Assembly: GCA_043820105.1 (NCBI GenBank)
Contig: JBDREC010000029.1
Span: 1-64,000 of the forward strand
DNA: 64,000 bases
Source: Pseudomonadota bacterium
GTDB lineage: Bacteria; Bdellovibrionota_F; JAHFAK01; JBDREC01
Direction: 5' to 3'
Part shown: positions 50,515 through 58,387 of the stretch, piece after piece
Numbering within the stretch: position 1 is the first letter of the stretch
Layout of the letters: the number at the start of each line of letters is the position of its first letter
Made by a program: the position numbers and the translations under genes
Notes under the pieces: generated by a model
Seen by the model: the letters and a program-made list of their open reading frames with translations, nothing else
Database searches by the model: none
What the model was told of the DNA's origin: nothing

Positions 50515-50925
50515 ATGCAAGAAGAAGTTGGGGAAAAGACAAATGAAATTCCAGTGCTGCAAAAGGCAATAAAAACAATGGATCTTAAAGGTAAAATAGT
50601 AACAGCCGATGCTTTACATACATAAGCAGAAACAGCGAGAGTCATAGTTAAGGAAAAAAAAGGAGATTATGTTTTTACAGTCAAAGAGAATCAAGAAACT
50701 TTATATAATAAATTAAAAGGGATCAGATTTCGATTCTTTTCCCCCCAGAGGATAGTTATAGATCGATCCAGGATACGAACAGGATCAGGCCCAAGAGTGA
50801 TGGCTACATTAAGAAATTTAATCATAGGATTATTGCGCATAGCTGGATTAAAAAACATTGCAAGTAGTTTAAGATATTTTGCGTGGTCAGGTTCCGAAGA
50901 AGTGTTAAAATTTCTTCAATTGTAA
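50515..50925 (+). pseudogene. ISAs1-family transposase remnant
   Basis: EKTNEIP...GKIVTADALHT*AETA...[11 protein letters not shown] joined in frame to [23 protein letters not shown] at 50623-50625; 5' part and an internal segment missing. Confidence 0.85.
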
Positions 50926-51215
50926 ATTAAGTATATCAATAGCTGCTTTCAGCAATATCTAGTCGAAAATCACACTATATCTATGTCTAATATGAGCTTA
51001 ACATCTATTAAATGCTTGTATTTTCTGGTTTCTAGAACATTATTGCCTTGTTTGTTTCGAAAATATGCCAATTTTATAGATGCATCAAGTTATTCTTGGC
51101 GAAAACCGTCGTGACTTTGACTGAATCGTGTTAAGGTTATTAAAAGCATTTAAATTGCTTGACGTAATACTAATATTATTACTAGATTTTTGCCTTTATA
51201 GAATTTAAAGAAAAA

Positions 51216-51494
51216 ATGGAAAAGTTAATGGATCTAATTGAAAAATTGGTTGAAGGCTTATTTTGGCTTTTAATAGCTGCATCTCCTGCTTTAATAGGCG
51301 CAATCATTGGAGGAATTTTTTACATTAAATTTAATGGAAATCTTACCTCAATAATCCTCTTTACTATGTTTGTAATAATGGGTGCTATAGTAGGTGGTTT
51401 TTGGGCAGAAAAAGTTAGAAAAAAACATGGAACATCTAAATTTTATTCAAAAGTAATAGCAACTCCTGAACTTGATAAAGAAGAGAATAACTAA
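51216..51494 (+). CDS. Small two-TM membrane protein
   Basis: 92 aa with two Gly-rich hydrophobic helices. Confidence 0.75.
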   Translation: MEKLMDLIEKLVEGLFWLLIAASPALIGAIIGGIFYIKFNGNLTSIILFTMFVIMGAIVGGFWAEKVRKKHGTSKFYSKVIATPELDKEENN

Positions 51495-51610
51495 AGAGTA
51501 TTCATTATCTTATAAATTTTTGCTAGTTTTACTGCTATATTAAACATAAAAACCAAAACCCAAGCAAGCTAACCGTTTGCAATTACTAACACTTTCAAAC
51601 TCTAACAATA

Positions 51611-51626
51611 TGGCACAAGTTTTGCT
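51611..51626 (+). promoter_or_regulatory. Sigma-54 promoter of the 1812-aa gene
   Basis: TGGCACAAGTTTTGCT, consensus match. Confidence 0.85.
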
Positions 51627-51638
51627 CATACATTAAGC

Positions 51639-54600
51639 ATGGCAAAAAAACGCAGGATACAGAAACTATTTTTATCTTATCTTTTAAAATTACTTCTAGT
51701 CTTTTGCCTTTTCCATGCTTCATTTATTAGCTCTTTTGAAAATCAAGAGAATCTCAGGGAAAAAATCATTGAAAAATATAGATCGAACAAAAGCCAAACT
51801 TGTACTGAATTTGTAGATTTAGCAAGAGAAAATCCTAAAAAGGCTGCATATCTTTTGAATCTTTTACTTAAAAATCGAGAAAGTTATGTGATTGCAGGAC
51901 ATTTATCTCAGCATTTAAATGATAACAATCAAGAAATCTTTATAACCCTCATTTCTGCAAATGAACAAAATGGTCAAAAAGCTGAACTAGCACTTGCCCA
52001 ATCTATGCAAATCTATACAAAAAGGAAAGATGCAAGTGGCGGCTTATTACTTTTAGAAACACAAGAACAGTACAAAAGAAATGACTTTAAAAAAATCGCT
52101 GAAAATCATGACAGTAAAGAAGCACTTTCAAGCCAAGATTTAATCGAATATATTGAAGGCATTTCATTAACAAAAGATAGAGAAGAAAAAATAGCTTTAG
52201 CTGCTCAAGTTATAACAGAGGAATTAAAAAGATGCAGTTTTGCCAGGAACACAAATAAAAATGAGCTTGGCCTATTTACTAAGCAACTTTATCGAGCAAC
52301 CCTCCTATTAGATGATTTCTCAAACACACTAAACTATGATTCAGCAAACTTGCTTTACAAAATATTAAACTTAGATAAGTCATTAGGTCTTCAAATAATA
52401 AAACAATTACCAGATTTTTCAATTTCTCAAAATAAAACCCGTGAAATGATTTCCAACTTAAGAAATATTTTAGGTGCTGATAGCTATTTTAGAAATGTTT
52501 ATGACGAGCTTTCCTCAGATGTTCAAAACTTTATTGAAGATGAATCGCAACAATTCGTTAGTTCAGGTATATCAAAAGTAGAAATATCTAAAATAAGATC
52601 AAAACTTGATTCATTTTTTGGATCAATCCCAGCATTAAACAAAAGCAAGTATTCTCATATTAGTTTAAGACTTGAACAGATTTTAAACAAACTAGAATTT
52701 GAAAACCTAGATAAAGGTTCAGTCAAAGACTTACTGGCTGAAGCTTCAAAATGGATTCTGGGACTGGAAATTGCCTCTTTAGCAAATCAAAGACAATACA
52801 ACTCTAGCTATTTTAATTCTCTAAGCGAATCAAGAGAGTTTACAGCTGAAACAGAAGAAGCCCTAGGTTATTTAAAAGAACGAATGTCTGGCTGCTTTAA
52901 TATTTTGGATAAAGCAGAAGCCTTATTCTTTGATGATGAAATAGAAATGGCAACAGCGATTTTTCAATTTGGTGTATCAGCACTTTCACTTGTTCAGCAA
53001 AGCATTGAAATAGAAGAATTGCTAGATAGAGCCAGAAAACATAAAAACAAAACCCCTAACACAAGCCAGACCTTTGAGAGGCTTACAAAAGCAAGAGATA
53101 GTATTCAAGAAGCTTTTTTCTCATTAATTTTAGCAAATGAAGATTCTGAAATAGCTAAGGCAGAAGCCTTATTGAAAAAAGCTGAGGGATTATATGAATC
53201 TTCTGTTGAAAAAATACACTCAACAATAGCCGGAACAATTCAAGATGTTGGCTGGCGTGAAATCGAAATCTATGAAAGTCTCAAACAAGGCACATATGAA
53301 ACAGCAAAATTCGTTGTCACCACAGGAATGATGGTTGCTTTATTTTCTGTTGCTGGAACAATTGGTTCAATAGCTGGAACTGTTGCTGCATCAGCCATAA
53401 TACCAATTTCCACAACAGCTGCTGGCATTACAAATATAATAGTTGCTTTAGGCGTTGAATCCCTAATTTTCTTGATCGGTCACAAGAGTATTGAAGCCCT
53501 GACAATTTTCACAGAAGATCTTTTGGCAGGAAGAGGACTTGCTCATTCGCCACTAGAAGTAATTCCTCAAAGCACTGAAGCCTTTGCCTGGGAATATGCT
53601 TCAACTGTAGTTAGTTTAGGCGTTTTAAAAGCATTTAATCATGCTGGTCGCCTTGCAATGCAAAAGGGTTTACTAACAAACAATGCCATAGGCCATGGAG
53701 CTACTATCCTTTTTGAAATGTCTGGAATGGGCATGGGGGGCGTAGCTGTTCAAACAATGATGTTTGCTATAGGTGATGAACCGGTAGTATTAATGAGAAA
53801 CGGAAAACCCATTCAAGCCATGGCTTTATCTGACATTTTATCTACAGATAACATATATTCTTCAATAAAAGGTTCTTTTGGAACTGTAATAAGCTTTAGA
53901 ATTGGAAGCTTTTTGGCAAGGCCCTTAATTCAAAGGATAACCTTGCCATTTCATTTGGCCATGGCTCATGAAAGACTTAGAAACTTAGATGCTCAGATGG
54001 ACAGGCAGAGAAAAAAACTAGAAAAAATCACAGATACAAGAGAAAGACTAGCTCTTGAGGCCATAATAAATGCAAATGAAAAAGTAACTTTAGAAAACAT
54101 TATCCTTGAATTAATAAAGGGCGGAGAAGCAAACAATGAAGCTCTAAAAATTGCAAGAGAAGCATACGCAAGATGTGTTGCCTTTGAGATGCTGATTACC
54201 AAAGGAAATCTGGCCACAGAACCCGTAAGATTAAGTATTTCTGAAGCCGGAGAAGTGTTTTTAAAATTAGGCAATTTCAAGTTTAAAATAAATGCTGCAG
54301 TAAACGGTGAATATTACGTTCTTGATCATTTGGTTCCTCCTGTTGCAATTCATAAAGATGCACTCGTTGAAATGGCGAACATTTCAAAAGAAGGTATTAT
54401 TAAGGAAAGTGAAATTCCTTATTTGCAGCTTGGAAGGATGGTTGATGGAAATTTAATTATAGATCAAACCATAAAACCTGATACTGCTTCTGGAAAAGTA
54501 ATATCAGTTGGTGATGGTACAAAAACAAATCTATTATATGATGCAATTAGCGCTTATCAGCAGAATTCTGCTTTAAGAAATGATGCTGTTTTGATGATCA

Positions 54601-57077
54601 GAGAATATTTTGGTGAAGGCACTGATACTAACCTTATATTGGAAGCTGAAGCCTTAAGTGGCCCTGATTCAGCTTATATTTTGCCAAGATTTCATGACAG
54701 AGCTAATATCAAAAAAGCAGAAGGGCAAATTATAATTGAAGGTCATAATCACAGAGTAACAGACGCTAAACCTAGCCCAGCTGATTTTAAGGCCCGTGGA
54801 CTTGGTGAAACAGCAATAGTTTCTTTGTGGAACTTTTCAGTTGGGACCTTATCTTTTAAACCTTTTGGGGGTTTGGCTACAGAACCATCGGGCGCGTATC
54901 GAGGCGGCGTCAGTATTGAAGCCAGAGACCAATTCATTAAAGATTCCCTTGTAAATTTAAACTCAGGGAGAAGCATTCAAATTGTGGGAGATGGCCCGCA
55001 AGAAAGAGTTGCCCAAATAAAAAAATTATCAAGAGGAATCTATGCACTAGTTCCTTGCCAGGCGGAAGTGAATATTTACAGTTCATCCGGCAAGCATCAT
55101 TTTATTATTAAAAATGGAAAGGTTGAAACATACGATAAGAGTGGAAAATTGCTTTATGTCCAGATTAGTGGCAGTTTTATTCTTGAAACCGGATATAAAA
55201 TCCAAATGCCGGATGGAAGCTTTGTGACTTTCAGTAGACCGGAATTAGCGATTGATGATGTCGTTACAATTAAGGGATCTTCTGAAAAACATGTTATAGT
55301 TGAAGTACAGGAAACAAGGCAGAAAGCAATTGTAAGACCCGATGTTCCAGGTTTTGACCCAACAAGTCATGAGGCAGTTTATAGACATGTGCCTCTTGCT
55401 GAAATAAAAAGAACATATCCTTATATTGAAATTGAAGGAGCAAAAAGGGATTCCTTATGGATAGGAAGAAACACGGTAATTGGTGGGATTGATTTCAGAC
55501 ACAACTATATAAGTGTCAATCATGCCAGAATATTTTTTTATGAAGGACAATATTCTATTTATGACCAGGGATCCACCAATGGAACTTTTATTCGCAGCCA
55601 CGGGGAATATGACTTCCGAGAAGTCCCCAGACACCCCCCAACAGTACTCAAACCAGGAGATCAGTTAAAATTATCAAGGTTTGGGGAGATTTTTGAAGTA
55701 CCTCCTGATATTTACAGGGGAGAAACCAATTGGGAAAGATCAGATAGTGTCCAAAAACAACCAGTTGTTCCTAAACGTCAGGAGGACAATGGATTTCTAA
55801 GTATTGGGGAACTTCAAGGGCAAGCGGATGCATTCTGGGAGGGGTATAGGTCTAGCAAGACTGTAGTGCACCAGATAGGGATTGACGCCCAATTGGTTAT
55901 GCAGACAGAACTTAATACCTTCGAAGGAATTAGTTTAGGTGATATTGTTTATGTGCAAAGGCCAACTGGAGGAGTAGTGGAGTCTGGCTGGGAAGTAATA
56001 TTTATCTCAAGTACCGGAAAAATGACAGTTAGAAAGCTGGTTGCTTTTAATCGCAATGGTAATGTTGTTTTTAGAAGAGCCAAGAAAGGGGAAAGAGTTG
56101 AAGAAATTTCAAATTTATCTGTTAATCAAAACCTTTGGATTTCAGATGTTATAGAAGGAGCAGCGGGTGACGGACGCACTCAATTATTGGCTATACATCC
56201 TGCAGCGGCTCATGCCAGAAGAAGATATAAAATTGAAAGTGATCAAGCAGGAGATGTGCAAATTCCTATTGCCAGAGCCAGGGAATTGTTTCTGGTAGCT
56301 CCAACACAAGCAAGAGTTGGCAACTGCTATCTGATAGCAGCCTTTAACGCAATGATGGCTGATCCAAACTTTTTGTCAACAATCGCCTTTTCAATTAAAG
56401 AACTTCCCAATGGTGATTTTATTGTCAAAATTCCTCTTGGTTCATCATCCGGACACGCTGTTTATGTAAGCAGACGCGATATTCAGAGTCAGTGGAACAG
56501 TAATTATTTAGGCCCTAAAAGGGGTCATGAATTTAGAAGAGACTTGAGAGAAGCTCTTGATCCGCCAAGTGGAAGCACAGGTTGGAAGGTGCTTGAAGCT
56601 GCATATATGAAGGAATTAATTGGAGAAGTTGATAGAGCCAGAATTGAAGGTGGCTATGGGCACAGGGCATTAGAATTATTTTTTGGAAATAATTTTGTAA
56701 ATAAAATTTATATTGGTTCCTCAAGACAGGCTCTGGCAGAATCCGGATATACAAGAGATGATACTCTACGGTTTTTAAATAACTTTAACAACTCAAGAAC
56801 CATTGCAACTGTTAATACTAGATCAGCTCCTTCTGGCAAGCGAAACCATCAGGGTGATCAAGAAGATGACAGTTCAATATATTTTGAGGTTGGGGGACAT
56901 GAACTTGTTTATAGACATGCCTATGCTATTAAAAAGGTCGACAGACATAGTCAAAGAGTTATTGTTATTAACCCTCACAGACCAGAAGTTGAGATGGAAA
57001 TGAGCTTTACGGATTTCATGCTTGCTTTTTCTGACATTTCAGCAGGTGAAATAAAATTTGAAAATCTCCTAAGATAA
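51639..57077 (+). CDS. Giant modular secreted protein: JAMM/MPN + FHA + calpain-like (C2) cysteine protease
   Basis: Signal peptide; hydrophobic helices; HNHRVTDAKPSPAD; IGR..ISVNHA..DQGSTNGT; QARVGNCYLIAA...HAY...INP. Confidence 0.85.
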   Translation: MAKKRRIQKLFLSYLLKLLLVFCLFHASFISSFENQENLREKIIEKYRSNKSQTCTEFVDLARENPKKAAYLLNLLLKNRESYVIAGHLSQHLNDNNQEIFITLISANEQNGQKAELALAQSMQIYTKRKDASGGLLLLETQEQYKRNDFKKIAENHDSKEALSSQDLIEYIEGISLTKDREEKIALAAQVITEELKRCSFARNTNKNELGLFTKQLYRATLLLDDFSNTLNYDSANLLYKILNLDKSLGLQIIKQLPDFSISQNKTREMISNLRNILGADSYFRNVYDELSSDVQNFIEDESQQFVSSGISKVEISKIRSKLDSFFGSIPALNKSKYSHISLRLEQILNKLEFENLDKGSVKDLLAEASKWILGLEIASLANQRQYNSSYFNSLSESREFTAETEEALGYLKERMSGCFNILDKAEALFFDDEIEMATAIFQFGVSALSLVQQSIEIEELLDRARKHKNKTPNTSQTFERLTKARDSIQEAFFSLILANEDSEIAKAEALLKKAEGLYESSVEKIHSTIAGTIQDVGWREIEIYESLKQGTYETAKFVVTTGMMVALFSVAGTIGSIAGTVAASAIIPISTTAAGITNIIVALGVESLIFLIGHKSIEALTIFTEDLLAGRGLAHSPLEVIPQSTEAFAWEYASTVVSLGVLKAFNHAGRLAMQKGLLTNNAIGHGATILFEMSGMGMGGVAVQTMMFAIGDEPVVLMRNGKPIQAMALSDILSTDNIYSSIKGSFGTVISFRIGSFLARPLIQRITLPFHLAMAHERLRNLDAQMDRQRKKLEKITDTRERLALEAIINANEKVTLENIILELIKGGEANNEALKIAREAYARCVAFEMLITKGNLATEPVRLSISEAGEVFLKLGNFKFKINAAVNGEYYVLDHLVPPVAIHKDALVEMANISKEGIIKESEIPYLQLGRMVDGNLIIDQTIKPDTASGKVISVGDGTKTNLLYDAISAYQQNSALRNDAVLMIREYFGEGTDTNLILEAEALSGPDSAYILPRFHDRANIKKAEGQIIIEGHNHRVTDAKPSPADFKARGLGETAIVSLWNFSVGTLSFKPFGGLATEPSGAYRGGVSIEARDQFIKDSLVNLNSGRSIQIVGDGPQERVAQIKKLSRGIYALVPCQAEVNIYSSSGKHHFIIKNGKVETYDKSGKLLYVQISGSFILETGYKIQMPDGSFVTFSRPELAIDDVVTIKGSSEKHVIVEVQETRQKAIVRPDVPGFDPTSHEAVYRHVPLAEIKRTYPYIEIEGAKRDSLWIGRNTVIGGIDFRHNYISVNHARIFFYEGQYSIYDQGSTNGTFIRSHGEYDFREVPRHPPTVLKPGDQLKLSRFGEIFEVPPDIYRGETNWERSDSVQKQPVVPKRQEDNGFLSIGELQGQADAFWEGYRSSKTVVHQIGIDAQLVMQTELNTFEGISLGDIVYVQRPTGGVVESGWEVIFISSTGKMTVRKLVAFNRNGNVVFRRAKKGERVEEISNLSVNQNLWISDVIEGAAGDGRTQLLAIHPAAAHARRRYKIESDQAGDVQIPIARARELFLVAPTQARVGNCYLIAAFNAMMADPNFLSTIAFSIKELPNGDFIVKIPLGSSSGHAVYVSRRDIQSQWNSNYLGPKRGHEFRRDLREALDPPSGSTGWKVLEAAYMKELIGEVDRARIEGGYGHRALELFFGNNFVNKIYIGSSRQALAESGYTRDDTLRFLNNFNNSRTIATVNTRSAPSGKRNHQGDQEDDSSIYFEVGGHELVYRHAYAIKKVDRHSQRVIVINPHRPEVEMEMSFTDFMLAFSDISAGEIKFENLLR

Positions 57078-57172
57078 ATAATTAGACAATAATTTTAAAA
57101 TTCATAATTTCAACTTGATTTGTATTTTTAAAAACAATATTTTTTTTCATGTTTGAAAAGAGAAATAAATTT

Positions 57173-57274
57173 TCAAAAAAATATCATCGTACTTATAAAT
57201 ATTAGAATCAAAGTAATGGGAGTTAAAATCGCACATAAAATAAAAAGCTCTTTTTTAGACATGCTCTTCTTCAT
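57173..57274 (-). CDS. Unannotated 33-aa single-TM microprotein (MKKSMSKKELFILCAILTPITLILIFISTMIFF)
   Basis: AGGAGG SD 5 nt before the ATG, basic N-terminus plus hydrophobic helix, sigma-54 site upstream. Confidence 0.65.
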   Translation of the reverse strand: MKKSMSKKELFILCAILTPITLILIFISTMIFF

Positions 57275-57336
57275 AAAATCCTCCTAACGGACCATTGATT
57301 GACATTTTAATCATATTTTACTCATTTAAATTAAAA

Positions 57337-57352
57337 TGCAATAAAAGTGCCA
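57337..57352 (-). promoter_or_regulatory. Sigma-54 promoter of the microprotein gene
   Basis: TGGCACTTTTATTGCA, consensus match. Confidence 0.8.
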
Positions 57353-57529
57353 TAAAGATAAAATAAGAAATAAAAATAATATAATTTAAGGTAATCTTGA
57401 AAGAAACATTTCTGCGCTTAAAATGCAGCATATATATAGATAGGAACATAAAAGAGCTTTTTCCAGGCTTTTAGGCAACAAAAAGAGCAAAATTTAAGCC
57501 ATATTACCCCCCAAAAAGTAACTAGCAGT

Positions 57530-57586
57530 AACTTACCACTTACCACTTACGACTTACGTCTTACAACTTACAACTTACCCTTACCA
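57530..57586. repeat. Degenerate ACTTAC(C/G/A) heptamer array (GTGGTAA family, reverse orientation)
   Basis: acttacc acttacc acttacg acttacg tcttaca acttaca acttacc, abutting the DUF1761 stop. Confidence 0.85.
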
Positions 57587-57997
57587 TCCACCTAATAAAG
57601 CACCAGCGATCAAGAGATAAAGCATTCTATAGCCTGCTGTAATTGCCCAAAATTTCATGCTCTTTTGTTCATAAAGTACTTCTGATAGTTTAACCAAAGC
57701 AACTATTAGGCCGATAACAAAGGCAAAATGAATACCCAGAAATAAACCAGAAATTTTAGCCCAAACCATTAAACCGCCTAATAATGATATTTCAAGGAAA
57801 GTAGTAATAGATGTAACAAACATGGCTTTCATTGCTTTTTTGGTATCCATATTTTCTAGTTTTAGCTTTAGGTCTTTTGCCCAACAATTTCCAAAAATTT
57901 GGGGTGAATACCATAAGAAGCCTATAATCATAGCTATGGCTGTTGCAATTAAGACCCCAATGTAATTCACTTGTGATAAAATGCAGTAACAATTCAT
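57581..57997 (-). CDS. DUF1761 family membrane protein
   Basis: VNYIGVLIA...GFLWYSP.IFG..W pattern; GGAGG SD before ATG 57997. Confidence 0.85.
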   Translation of the reverse strand: MNCYCILSQVNYIGVLIATAIAMIIGFLWYSPQIFGNCWAKDLKLKLENMDTKKAMKAMFVTSITTFLEISLLGGLMVWAKISGLFLGIHFAFVIGLIVALVKLSEVLYEQKSMKFWAITAGYRMLYLLIAGALLGGW

Positions 57998-58198
57998 ATT
58001 AACCTCCAATTTACGCTTGTTTAAAGTTATGAGGAATATACTTTTAAGAAAAACTATTGCAATCTTTTTATTTATAACATACTGTCCAAGTCGCACAATC
58101 AAAAGACTTGCGTTAAAAAAAACATGCGTTAAACATATAATTTCCAAAGCATATTCTTGAACAGATTGATTTTATTTATAATATTACGTTTTCAAGAT

Positions 58199-58241
58199 TG
58201 GCACATGATTTGCAATTGATGCACCGGGCAATAATTTTGCA
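58199..58241 (+). promoter_or_regulatory. Tandem sigma-54 sites
   Basis: TGGCACATGATTTGCA (58199-58214) and GGGCAATAATTTTGCA (58226-58241). Confidence 0.75.
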
Positions 58242-58387
58242 GGCGTTTACAATGTTAAAGTTTAATAAAGTTTCGCAAAGAAAGATTCAATTACTTGCAT
58301 TTGTTGCAATAAAACAAATCATAAGTTGTAAGTCGTAAGTGCTGTAACATTGAAAGGTGTTTTCTTATTTACAGGGAAAGTGAAGAT

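Noticed and set aside
41708..57077. Diversity-generating retroelement, prophage or dedicated secretion apparatus explaining the giant genes
   Set aside because: No reverse transcriptase, TR/VR pair, integrase, phage structural gene or T3SS/T4SS/T6SS component recognised in this window
57242..57462. 13-bp inverted repeat AAAAAGCTCTTTT around the microprotein promoter
   Set aside because: Mostly homopolymer in very AT-rich DNA; plausible by chance
57998..58147. N-terminal extension of the DUF1761 ORF
   Set aside because: Strong SD and family-like start at 57997; the extension is promoter-region sequence
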